Positions 1 to 8,670 of a DNA stretch of 64,000 nucleotides are shown here, piece after piece. The translations under genes and the position numbers were made by a program. The first letter of the stretch is position 1; the number at the start of each line of letters is the position of its first letter. The notes below the pieces were generated by a model. The model was not told the origin of the DNA and searched no databases. It worked only from the letters and a program-made list of their open reading frames with translations. Source of the DNA: Chloroflexota bacterium (GTDB taxonomy: Bacteria > Chloroflexota > UBA11872 > VXOZ01); the NCBI GenBank assembly GCA_963662335.2, contig CAXXVD010000002.1, forward strand, positions 1-64,000. The letters run 5' to 3'.

Positions 1-343
1 GCGTATTCCACGATATCCGTTGCCAGCGTGCCGCCGTCTTGCGCCACGAACGTGTGCTCGTGCACCCATTTGCGATACGGCCCTTTGATTTGGCTGTCCA
101 CAAAGCGGTGCGGCGGCTCCCACGCCAGAATTTCGGTGCGCCAGCGCAACGGGAAGCCGCGATAGCGCAGCCGGTAGTCGAAGCGAGCGCCGACCGCCAT
201 TGTGATTGGCAAGGGCGTGAGATCCGGAAATGGAGCCATGGCGGCGTCAGGCGCTCCAGATTCGCTGCGTCCGCGAAGAAGGAGAAGATGCTTTCCGGTG
301 GCTGTGGCAGCCAGAGTTTCGTTTCCAGAGTGAACAGTCGCAT
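1..343 (-). pseudogene. SRPBCC family protein, frameshifted near 220 and running off the window edge
   Basis: Manual translation from ATG 343 gives MRLFTLETKLWLPQPPESIFSFFADAANLERLTPPWLHFRI. After a missing base it continues TPLPITMAVGARFDYRLRYRGFPLRWRTEILAWEPPHRFVDSQIKGPYRKWVHEHTF. Confidence 0.7.
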
Positions 344-397
344 GTTGCACGTTTGCCGTTTGTTGATACACTGCACCGTTCGTTGCAACGACGGCCG

Positions 398-518
398 GTA
401 GCGCAGGTTTGCAACCTGCGACCGTTGGGCCGCGCGGGCCGCCGGGGCGGAAGCGGCCAAGAGGTGGGGGACAAGCCCCCGCGCTACGCCGACTGGTAGC
501 GCAGGTTTGCAACCTGCG
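398..518. repeat. REP-like cluster: 2x GTAGCGCAGGTTTGCAACCTGCG plus one inverted GTAGCGCGGGGGCTTGTCCCCC
   Basis: GTAG tetranucleotide followed by an imperfect palindrome; the same units recur across the window. Confidence 0.85.
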
Positions 519-556
519 TCCGCTACGCCGCGCGGCCGCCCAGGCGCCCTCCGCCG

Positions 557-1690
557 TCACGGTCTCATCACCAGCAGCCAGATGGCGTAGTCCTCGGCTG
601 AGACGAACGCCAGGCGCGTGCCGTCCGGGGAGAGCGCCCAATCGCCGTTGGCGATGAAGAGCGGCGTCTGGGCCGGGTCGACGAGCCGGGCGCGCTCGCC
701 GGAAGCCACGTCCAGCTTCCAGAGGCTGAAGCCCGCGTCCGGCGCTTGGCGCGGCGGGACGTAGACCAGGGTTGCACTCTCACTGCCGACCCACGCGTAT
801 CTTCCCACGAAGAGGAGCCGCCGCCGCTCGCCCGTTTGCACGCGCATCGCCCAGGTGGTGTTCCGGCTCGGGTCTTGCTCGAACGCCTTGAGATAGACCA
901 GCCACGCGCCGTCGGGCGAGAGCGAGATATTGCGCAGGTGCGCGCCGTCGTCGAGTTGCGCCAGCGCGCCGGTGTCGGCGTCAACCTGCCAGAGGGCGGC
1001 GCGGGCGGCGCCGGGATTCTGCTTGCCCAGCGCCAGCAGGCGCGTCCCATCGGGGAACCAGGCCACAATGCCGACGCCGTAGAGCGTGGCCAAGCGCCGC
1101 GGATTACTGCCGTCCAGCGCCGCCACCACAATGGGATTCTCGCGCTGGCTGGAGAAGAGTGTCTGCTGCGACGTGCGCCCATCATAGGCGACGCGCACGC
1201 CGTCGGGCGCGATGAACGGCAGGCTGCCCACGCCATGGAGCGGCCAACTCTCGCCGGTCTGCCGCTCGTGCACGGTGACGCTGTGCGGCGTTTGGGGCAC
1301 GAGCGCGATGATGTACCGGTCGTGGTGTTGCAGCACACCCACCACGGCGCTGTACGGCGCCGCCTCGCTCGTGGCGGTATCAATACCCCAGATGGCTGCC
1401 GGCTGCTCGTCCGGCTTGTCCACGTAGAGCACCTGCGCGCCGCCGGCGGACCACCAGATGTTGCCGCAGCAGCCGGGCGCGGTGAGGCGGCGCAGCGTGG
1501 GCCGCGGTGTTGGTTTCAGCGGCGGGGCGGCGGTCGGCGCGGCCGGCGTCGGCGTGAGCGCGGCCCGCAAGACGAGCACCGGTGTGCCCTCGGCGTCCGG
1601 CACGTACGTGTACGCGCAGGCGCCGCCCAGGAAGAACAGGAGCGCGCCGAGGATGCCCGCGCCAAGCCGGCGCCGCGCTAGCCGTGCCAC
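557..1690 (-). CDS. TolB-like/PD40 beta-propeller exported protein (possible lipoprotein)
   Basis: Basic N-terminus, hydrophobic stretch and GGAC, then a Pro/Thr linker and repeated APDG/FPDG/SPDG blades. Confidence 0.75.
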   Translation of the reverse strand: MARLARRRLGAGILGALLFFLGGACAYTYVPDAEGTPVLVLRAALTPTPAAPTAAPPLKPTPRPTLRRLTAPGCCGNIWWSAGGAQVLYVDKPDEQPAAIWGIDTATSEAAPYSAVVGVLQHHDRYIIALVPQTPHSVTVHERQTGESWPLHGVGSLPFIAPDGVRVAYDGRTSQQTLFSSQRENPIVVAALDGSNPRRLATLYGVGIVAWFPDGTRLLALGKQNPGAARAALWQVDADTGALAQLDDGAHLRNISLSPDGAWLVYLKAFEQDPSRNTTWAMRVQTGERRRLLFVGRYAWVGSESATLVYVPPRQAPDAGFSLWKLDVASGERARLVDPAQTPLFIANGDWALSPDGTRLAFVSAEDYAIWLLVMRP

Positions 1691-1696
1691 AGCGCC

Positions 1697-2392
1697 TCAA
1701 CGCATCCAAAGGCGGAAGTAGTCATTGAGAATACGCCCCCCGAAGACCGTATCCGGCTGGTCTTCGATCGTCTGCCAGCGGCGCGGCTCTTCCAGGTTTT
1801 TGACGAAGCCGAGGAAGCGGCCGAGGGCCGCGTTGTGCCAATCGGCCTTGATCAAGAGTACCGGATTGACCGCGTAATTGCGGTCCGGCCGCCGGATTTC
1901 CAGGTGCAGGTGCGGCGCGGCCGTGCAGGCCGCGTTGTCCAGCCAGTCGCCCGCGTAGCCGATCAGTTGCCCCGCCGCCACCGAGCCGCCGTATGGTATC
2001 TCCGGAAACCGCCGCAGGTGTCCGTACAGCGAGATGTCGCCGTTGGGGTGCTGCACGATCGCGTTGTGGGGCCCCGCGCCGTAGGAGAGATCGTCCGCGC
2101 CGACCACCACGCCATCGCCGATCGCCAGGATCTCGGTATCGCACGGGCAGGCGAAGTCGACGCCGAAGTGGAGTCCCTGCCCTTCCCGGTAGACCGTGTG
2201 GCGGAAGCGGTGCGCCAGATTGGTATTGCCGTACCACTGCGCCACGTACCAGGTGCTGGGCCCCGGCGGCGTGGCAAAGGGAAGCTGATAGAGCGGCTCC
2301 GGCTGCTCAGCGGCAAGCGACGCAAGACCCGGCGCCAGCTTGGGCGCCGGCACGGCCAGGCCGACGTATTGCAAGAATTGCCGCCGCTTCAT
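1697..2392 (-). CDS. M23 family metallopeptidase with Tat-like signal
   Basis: MKRRQFL twin-arginine start; HFGVD (HxxxD), YGHL and HLH motifs. Confidence 0.85.
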   Translation of the reverse strand: MKRRQFLQYVGLAVPAPKLAPGLASLAAEQPEPLYQLPFATPPGPSTWYVAQWYGNTNLAHRFRHTVYREGQGLHFGVDFACPCDTEILAIGDGVVVGADDLSYGAGPHNAIVQHPNGDISLYGHLRRFPEIPYGGSVAAGQLIGYAGDWLDNAACTAAPHLHLEIRRPDRNYAVNPVLLIKADWHNAALGRFLGFVKNLEEPRRWQTIEDQPDTVFGGRILNDYFRLWMR

Positions 2393-2646
2393 CCGCTTCA
2401 CGGGCGCAGACCCTCGGAGCGCGCGTACTTTGTCTGACGTATCTCCGACACCGTCCCAAGCGTACCGCAGAGCGTCAGGGAAATGCCAACTCGGCAAGAG
2501 TTCGCGTCGGCAGCGTGGGCCGTCTCCGGCGCGCGCTCTCCCCGTCATGCGCCGCGCCTGCGGCTCGCTTCATCCTATCAAACGGATTCGACCTGTGCCA
2601 AGCGCATCCGCCGCCGGGCTGCCCAAAGCCGCCGCCTGCGCACTGC

Positions 2647-2675
2647 TTGACGCTCGCCTAGACGCATGGTAACGT
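2647..2675 (+). promoter_or_regulatory. Putative sigma70 promoter
   Basis: TTGACG-N17-TAACGT with TG extension, upstream of the 2765 ORF. Confidence 0.45.
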
Positions 2676-2764
2676 GTGGATGCGGCGGAACCGACCGCTT
2701 GGTACTATATGCGCAGGAACGGAAGACGTGACTAACGCTACGAACGCACGGCAAGGGGGAACTC

Positions 2765-3448
2765 ATGGCTGTAGAGATGCAGAAGGAACTCAGGGTTGAC
2801 GACCTTATCACCAGGGTGCGCGAGATGTACGCGCGCGACCTGGGCGACCAGCACATCGAGATTCTGTATGAATCGGCGCGGCGCACCATGAAAGGGCAGG
2901 AGTTCAGCCCCACGCGCGTGCAGGAAGAGAGTCTGGGCCGGCTCACGCAGCTAGGCTTTGGCGTCAAGCACGAGAGCCGCACCCGCGGCACCACGTTCGA
3001 CGTAACGCCGGACTACATCCCGCCGTCGCTCATGCTGCCCGGCTACCACGACATCTTCCGCTACCAGGCCGGGCGCAACGCCGAGCGCACGCGCGAGGAA
3101 TTCGCCGATACGGTGCGCGCGATCCTGGAACCGAGCGTGGTGGAGCTTCTCGACCGCCGGGGCATCGATGCGCTCTCCAAGTTCCAGACCGTGGTGACGG
3201 ATCGCGATATTGCGCGCACCCCCGCGCCGGAACTGGAAATGCAAGCGGTGATGACGCTGGTCGAGCACGGCTGCCTGAACGACGAACTCAAGAAGATCCT
3301 CTTCGGCCTGCTCGGCGAACGCCATGAGTTCCAATTCACGACCAAAGGGCAGAGTCTCCTGAGCCTGGCGGAAGCCTTCAAGGAACTCATGGACTTAGGG
3401 GTCAACTTCATCATGGATAGCAGTGAAGAGGAGGCAGAAGGATCCTAG
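2765..3448 (+). CDS. Hypothetical protein (227 aa)
   Basis: AAGGGGGA RBS, GC3-rich codon usage and protein-like composition; no family recognised. Confidence 0.75.
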   Translation: MAVEMQKELRVDDLITRVREMYARDLGDQHIEILYESARRTMKGQEFSPTRVQEESLGRLTQLGFGVKHESRTRGTTFDVTPDYIPPSLMLPGYHDIFRYQAGRNAERTREEFADTVRAILEPSVVELLDRRGIDALSKFQTVVTDRDIARTPAPELEMQAVMTLVEHGCLNDELKKILFGLLGERHEFQFTTKGQSLLSLAEAFKELMDLGVNFIMDSSEEEAEGS

Positions 3449-3537
3449 CGGCGGCGCGTCCGGGCGGCGTAGCTGAGCGTCTCTACGTCTTGAGGGCGCC
3501 GGCCGCGGCGGGGCGATTTGCTGACACCGAAGGTTCA

Positions 3538-3578
3538 ATGCGGCGGGAATCTGTGATTCCCGCCGCATCCGTTTTCTC
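3538..3578. terminator. Intrinsic terminator between convergent genes
   Basis: 14-bp perfect inverted repeat ATGCGGCGGGAATC/GATTCCCGCCGCAT followed by a T-rich tract. Confidence 0.75.
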
Positions 3579-3605
3579 TATGAAGCGCCACCGGGAGCGG
3601 GGCGA

Positions 3606-3992
3606 TTACTTGAGTTCGACGGTAGCGCCGACCTCTTCCAGCTTGGCCTTGGCCTCCTCGGCTTCCTCCTTGGCGACCTCTTCCTTGATGGGGTTCGGCG
3701 CGGCTTCCACGGCGGCTTTGGCTTCCCGCAGGCCCAGGCCGGTGAGTTCGCGCACCGCCTTGATGACCTGGATCTTCTTGTCGCCGATCTCGGTCAGAAC
3801 GACGTCGAACGAGTCCTTCTCTTCGGCAGCGGCAGCGCCGTCGCCGTCCGCGGGAGCGGCCGCAACCGCGACCGGCGCGGCGGCCGAGACGCCGAATTTT
3901 TCTTCCAAGGCCTTTACCAGTTCCGACACTTCAAGCAGTGTCATGTTCTCGATGGCCGCGATGATGTCCTCAGTCGCAATCGTCTGTGCCAT
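3606..3992 (-). CDS. rplL: 50S ribosomal protein L7/L12
   Basis: [44 protein letters not shown]. Confidence 0.98.
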   Translation of the reverse strand: MAQTIATEDIIAAIENMTLLEVSELVKALEEKFGVSAAAPVAVAAAPADGDGAAAAEEKDSFDVVLTEIGDKKIQVIKAVRELTGLGLREAKAAVEAAPNPIKEEVAKEEAEEAKAKLEEVGATVELK

Positions 3993-4091
3993 GGTCTGCT
4001 CTCCTTCCGTATAACATGGCGCCCGTCGTCACGGGTGTTGGCTGTGCTTGCACGCTCGTCGTCTTGTTGGCGCACGGCGCCTGGCGGCCGC

Positions 4092-4625
4092 CTATGCGCT
4101 TTCCGCCTGTTGAAGCTGATCGGCGCGGGCTTGCAGCACGTACGCCAGGCTGCGCGTCACGCCACTGAGCACGCCTACCAACTGGGTTGCGGGGGCCTGC
4201 ATGCTGCCCAGCATCTTGGCCAGCAGTTCCTCGCGGGAGGGCAGCGAGGCGAGCGCGGCCACGCCGGCCGCGTCGATTGCCTGTCCGTTCATCAGGCCGC
4301 CGCGCACTTCCAGGGCATCCGCGTTCCGGGCAAACGTGGTCACGGCTTTCGCCACCGTCACCATGTCGCCGTCGGCAAATGCGATGCCGGTTGGGCCTTG
4401 GAGCAGCGGGGCGAGGTCCGGCTGGCCTTCCCGCTCTGCCGCCAGCCGCAGCAGCGTATTCTTTGCCACCCGAAACTGGCCGCCCGCGGCCCGGAGTTCG
4501 CGGCGGAGCGCCTGCATCTGCGGTACGGTGAGGCCGCGATAGTCGGTAACGATGACCAGGTCCGTGCCGCGCAGCCGCTCACGCAACTCGTCGATGAGTA
4601 CGGCTTTCTCTTCACGCGTTGCCAC
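4092..4625 (-). CDS. rplJ: 50S ribosomal protein L10
   Basis: DYRGLTV, VAKNTL and LPSREELLAKMLG; GGAGG RBS; directly upstream of rplL. Confidence 0.97.
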   Translation of the reverse strand: MATREEKAVLIDELRERLRGTDLVIVTDYRGLTVPQMQALRRELRAAGGQFRVAKNTLLRLAAEREGQPDLAPLLQGPTGIAFADGDMVTVAKAVTTFARNADALEVRGGLMNGQAIDAAGVAALASLPSREELLAKMLGSMQAPATQLVGVLSGVTRSLAYVLQARADQLQQAESA

Positions 4626-4649
4626 TGCGCATCACCTCCTCTCTACACA

Positions 4650-4832
4650 ATAAAAAAGAGCCTTGGCGTTGACCAAGGCTTGGCGCGACCCCGCCGCGCC
4701 GCACATTCGCCGCGCTGCCACTACGACAGCGCGCTGCAAGCGGGCAAGGTTCCGCGTTTGCGCCTCGACAGGCTTGCCTCGCAAGCGCGAGGATTATGCT
4801 CCCCCATTGGGAGCGCCTGCGGTCAACGGCCA
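4650..4832 (-). ncRNA. L10 leader (rplJ autoregulatory attenuator)
   Basis: Minus strand reads CCGTTGACCGCAGG...AAGCCTGTCGAGG, then terminator AGCCTTGGTCAACGCCAAGGCTCTTTTTT. The 5' CGTTGACC is complementary to GGTCAACG in the terminator. Confidence 0.8.
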
Positions 4833-4938
4833 CTAAATATGTCTGTGGTGCTCGCGCACACACGCACTAGCCAGCATACCAGGAGTCGTGCCCGGCGCGC
4901 AATAGCGGCGGGCGGCCGAGTCTGTGGGGAACGCGAGA

Positions 4939-4985
4939 ATTAAAGCAGAGATGGCTGTGGAAGCGTGGTCCACAGCCATCTCTGC
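4939..4985 (-). terminator. Intrinsic terminator of the 7487-5044 operon
   Basis: 17-bp inverted repeat GCAGAGATGGCTGTGGA/TCCACAGCCATCTCTGC followed by TTTAATT on the minus strand. Confidence 0.75.
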
Positions 4986-5043
4986 GTTGCCGTCCGTTGC
5001 CCTGCGTAGACCAGGGCTTGCCAGGCAAGCGCGCCGGTAGGCG

Positions 5044-6318
5044 CTATTCGATGTTCACGAGGATGTCAACCGCCAACTCGCTACGCCGCACAAGGAGGGG
5101 CGCAACGGAGCCGAGCATATCCCCGGCTTCCGCGCCGGCAAACGCGGCCGCCACCAGGCTCAGGTTTTGCAGGGCCTCTTCGTCGCCCAAGAAGACGGTC
5201 ATGGCGTGCACGTCATCCAGGTAGATGTCGAGACCTTGCGGCACCAGTTTAACAGTAATGGTAGCCAGTCCGGCTTCCTTCAAGCCTGCCACCGTATCCG
5301 CCGGAAGCATACCGGGCATGCTCAGGTTCAAGCCGATGGCTTCGAGCAGGGGCGCGGTGTTTTCCAGGATGACGACGTCGGGCACGAGCAGGTCGCCGTT
5401 GGCGGTCAAAACCGTGCCAACCAGCAGCGGATACTGGGGATCCGCGGCGCCGGGCGCGTCAGGCGGTTGCGACGTTTCGCCGGAGAATTTCTCAATGGTC
5501 GCCGCGCCGTCCGCCGTGGGGAAGTCCACCGCAACGCTGCCAATCATCGCCAAGGCAAGGGGCACGGCCAGGTCGGGCAGAACCACGTCGTAGCCAAGAC
5601 CCTTGACAAGCGAGATGACTTTATCCAACGCGGCCTGGTCGTAGTTCACGGAAATGCGGGCTGCAAAGCCGCCGTTCGCGTAAACGTCTATATCGCCGCC
5701 CGGCCCTTTGATGAGTTGGATATGTTGCAGGTTCGCCGCTTTCAGCGACTCGATAGCCGAAGCCGAAAGGACTTCACCGACACCGAGTTGACTGATCTCG
5801 TCTTCAGACAGACCGAGGTTGAATTGTTGCCCGGCAAGGTACATGCCGACCGCGACGCTGCCGATGCCGCCGTTCTCGCCGAACTGTACGGTTGCCGCGG
5901 GCAGGCCGTACACCTCGATAGATTCTTCAGCGCGCTCCGGCGGCGCCCCTGGGCCGGAAGCTGGGGCAGCCTCGGAGAGGCGCGCGGGCGCGAACGGAGT
6001 CGAAAGCCCGTGGCTGACAAAGCCGGTGGAAACGATCAAGAGCGAAGCCAGCAGGCCGACAAGTCCGCCAATGATCAGGCCGACGATGCCCACGGCCTGA
6101 CCGGTACCGGTACCACCACCTAGTTGGTGCCCTGCCTTGTAGCCAAGCCCCGCGCCTAGGTAGAGCAATGAGAACAGCAGGCCAAAACTCACCAAGAACA
6201 GGATTGCCGCGAACTTAGTGAGCCCCCCACCGATCCCTACCAGCACAATCAGAGCGATGATGACAAGGACCAACCACAGAATTGGTACGGGCACCCACCA
6301 ACGTCTCCAGGTGGTCAT
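5044..6318 (-). CDS. Uncharacterised membrane-anchored protein (about 3 N-terminal TM helices plus a duplicated acidic domain)
   Basis: Hydrophobic N-terminus; IQLIKGPGGDIDVYANG resembles the neighbouring ORF; start at MTTWRRWW after GAGGGAAGG. Confidence 0.75.
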   Translation of the reverse strand: MTTWRRWWVPVPILWLVLVIIALIVLVGIGGGLTKFAAILFLVSFGLLFSLLYLGAGLGYKAGHQLGGGTGTGQAVGIVGLIIGGLVGLLASLLIVSTGFVSHGLSTPFAPARLSEAAPASGPGAPPERAEESIEVYGLPAATVQFGENGGIGSVAVGMYLAGQQFNLGLSEDEISQLGVGEVLSASAIESLKAANLQHIQLIKGPGGDIDVYANGGFAARISVNYDQAALDKVISLVKGLGYDVVLPDLAVPLALAMIGSVAVDFPTADGAATIEKFSGETSQPPDAPGAADPQYPLLVGTVLTANGDLLVPDVVILENTAPLLEAIGLNLSMPGMLPADTVAGLKEAGLATITVKLVPQGLDIYLDDVHAMTVFLGDEEALQNLSLVAAAFAGAEAGDMLGSVAPLLVRRSELAVDILVNIE

Positions 6319-6399
6319 AGCCTTCCCTCTCTGTGCTTGCGTGCATTCATGAATTCGTGTCTTGCAGTCATGCAGAGATTCCGTCTGCCTTCTAAGCAA

Positions 6400-6435
6400 T
6401 GAGGGATACCCTTGGGGCGCATAGGGTATCCCTCA
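6400..6435. other. Intergenic 13-bp hairpin between the paralogues
   Basis: TGAGGGATACCCT-N10-AGGGTATCCCTCA, with no clear U-tract. Confidence 0.6.
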
Positions 6436-6497
6436 CTTCACCTGCGTAGGATGGAGTGCGTAGTGCTTTTCCTGATTTACACTACAGCGACCCCTTC

Positions 6498-7487
6498 TTA
6501 CGGCAGGCTCACCGTCAGGTCGACGTCGATGCGGTCACGCAGATGCAAGTACGGCAGAGCCACACTGGCTTGCGGCGCGAACGCAGTAAGGATGCCCAGC
6601 GCATCGGCGTCGCCCAAGCGGACGTCGGCCAGCATCTCACCGTTGCTGCCCAGCGCGAGACCGTCATTGTTGATCTTGACGTTCAACTCGCTAATACCGG
6701 CACCCTGCATGAGGCCGAGGATGAACGGTGTCAGGTCGGTACCAACGACACCAAGATCCTCTGCGGACATACCCAGCACAGAGAGCTTGCCGTCAGCGTC
6801 GTAGCTAACGTTGGCTTTCGCCATCAACTCGATCTCTTGCTGTTCCGTGCCCACATAGCCGGACGGAGCGCCTTCTTCACGCACCGGAATGTCCGACTCG
6901 CCAATCGTAATCACAACGTCACCGCCGGAGGCAATGACCACGGGGACCACCACGTCCTTCAAGGGGATGGCAATGCCAGTGAAACCTTCCACCAGCCCAA
7001 GCACCCGCTCGTAGTTCGCCTGATCCTCGCCCAGGTTTACGCCAATGGTGTATGCGCCATTGACGTAGACGTCGATCATGCCGTCAACGCCCTTCACGAC
7101 CTGAATGTGCTCGACACCGGCGCCCGTAAGCATTCCGGTGGTCACGGCATCCAAGCCAAGCGCCGGCACCGCAATGCCAAGCGCCGCAAGCGCGCCAAGG
7201 TCTTCAGCCTTGATGCTCACCGGCGTCGCTGCGCCGCCGATGAATACGCTAGTCGTTACCGACTGCAGCGAACCATCATCGCCAAGAGCGATGGTGATGC
7301 GCGGCGGCACGATCACAACTTCCATCTGCGCCGCAGATGCGCTGGACTGTGCCGCTGATGCGATGCGCGCCGGCAGCGATACCGCCAGCAACGCAACGAT
7401 TACCGCAATCACGAGAGCGACCTGGACAAGGGAACTGTACAGGAACGTCCTATCCAGTGATTGGGCAGGGTATCTGGTAATACGCAT
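6498..7487 (-). CDS. Uncharacterised exported protein, paralogue of 5044-6318
   Basis: Signal/TM segment then AxA-like sites; IQVVKGVDGMIDVYVNG; AGGAGGAGG RBS. Confidence 0.75.
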   Translation of the reverse strand: MRITRYPAQSLDRTFLYSSLVQVALVIAVIVALLAVSLPARIASAAQSSASAAQMEVVIVPPRITIALGDDGSLQSVTTSVFIGGAATPVSIKAEDLGALAALGIAVPALGLDAVTTGMLTGAGVEHIQVVKGVDGMIDVYVNGAYTIGVNLGEDQANYERVLGLVEGFTGIAIPLKDVVVPVVIASGGDVVITIGESDIPVREEGAPSGYVGTEQQEIELMAKANVSYDADGKLSVLGMSAEDLGVVGTDLTPFILGLMQGAGISELNVKINNDGLALGSNGEMLADVRLGDADALGILTAFAPQASVALPYLHLRDRIDVDLTVSLP

Positions 7488-7599
7488 TGATCCCTCCTCC
7501 TGAAGATCCGTTCGGGTTCGGTACGCCCCTCACCGAACGCTACCAAAAGATACTTACTGCTCACCACGTTATCGATACCCACGGTGTGGTGCTGCTGAC

Positions 7600-7628
7600 A
7601 TTATGGGGAACCCTCTACTACCTGTCAA
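7600..7628 (-). promoter_or_regulatory. Near-consensus sigma70 promoter
   Basis: TTGACA-N17-CATAAT on the minus strand, about 110 nt upstream of the 7487 start. Confidence 0.75.
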
Positions 7629-7964
7629 GGACAAACCCTACATTCAACCGAAAAAGTGACAGGATTCCACAGAAAATCCATAGATGCCCGCCGTAATCAG
7701 GCTGTCAATCTAATAAATGAACGGTATGCGCGCTTAATCACCTCTTGACAGACGGCAATAGTCTGGTCTTGAATGCATGAAAGTCTTGACAGGTGGGCAA
7801 TATGCGGGTCAGCAACGGCAAAAAGCACGGTTGCCAACCGCGAAGGCCGCGCGCCTGGAGAGAAGTCTGCGCGGCGGCCAAACGCGCGCTGAAGCAATCG
7901 CCTTCGGTATCGCTCTGCCGCAGCCTCTCGCCGGCCGGGTAGTCTCAGAAGAAGCTGGGGGCCA

Positions 7965-8435
7965 CTAGAACGCCGGCCGCGTCGCCGGCATCTCCAGCAC
8001 GTGCTGCGCCCGCTCCAGAAAGTCGTCGTCCGTGACCGAGATGACGCGCGTGGAGACGTTGCCCCGCGGGTTGAACTCCATCATCAACAGCGCCCCGCGC
8101 GGCTCCAGGCCGGAGAGCAACTCGTCGAAGAGTTCGTTGGTGATGCGCTCGTGGGAAAAATACTTGTCGCGAAAGCTGTTGAAGTAGAGCTTCAGCGTCT
8201 TCAGGTCCACGATGCGCGCGTCGGGAATATAGACCATGGTGGCCACGGCAAAGTCCGGGTAGCCGGAGACCGGGTCTTTAAAGGTAAGCTCCGGCAGGCG
8301 AATCTGCACGTAGTAGTCCCGCTGGGGTTCGGGATTGGGGAAGTAGCGGATCTGTACGGACTGGATCTCTTCTTCCCCATACCGCACCCGCCGCCGCTTG
8401 CGGGTGAGTTTCTTCTCCGGCTCCGGTGCGCTCAT
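7965..8435 (-). CDS. queF: QueF (preQ0 reductase, unimodular type) homologue with altered active site
   Basis: FPNP, PELTFKDPVSGYPDFA, YIPD..IVDLKTLKLYFNSFRD, SHE and FNPRGN; the Cys of the CP motif is Asp. Confidence 0.8.
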   Translation of the reverse strand: MSAPEPEKKLTRKRRRVRYGEEEIQSVQIRYFPNPEPQRDYYVQIRLPELTFKDPVSGYPDFAVATMVYIPDARIVDLKTLKLYFNSFRDKYFSHERITNELFDELLSGLEPRGALLMMEFNPRGNVSTRVISVTDDDFLERAQHVLEMPATRPAF

Positions 8436-8670
8436 CCTGGCTCTGTCCTTGTGCCGGCGTTCGGCCGGCGCGGGTATCATTTGGCACGAAGTGTCCGCGC
8501 ATGGCGGGAAACTCCAAATATGACCGTACTATGCCGCTTTGCGCAGCGTCAACTTGCCGCTCGCGCGCGGGGTAGGCACGAGGCCGCGCCATAGCCGATA
8601 ATAGAGACGCGCCGCGCAAGGACGCCATCCTTATGGTGAGACGCCATTAATAGTGAAAGGTAGTTGACCG

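Noticed and set aside
7697-7960. Short ORFs or an sRNA in the AT-richer intergenic region
   Set aside because: No RBS, coding bias or recognisable RNA motif, and no preQ1 riboswitch seen near queF.
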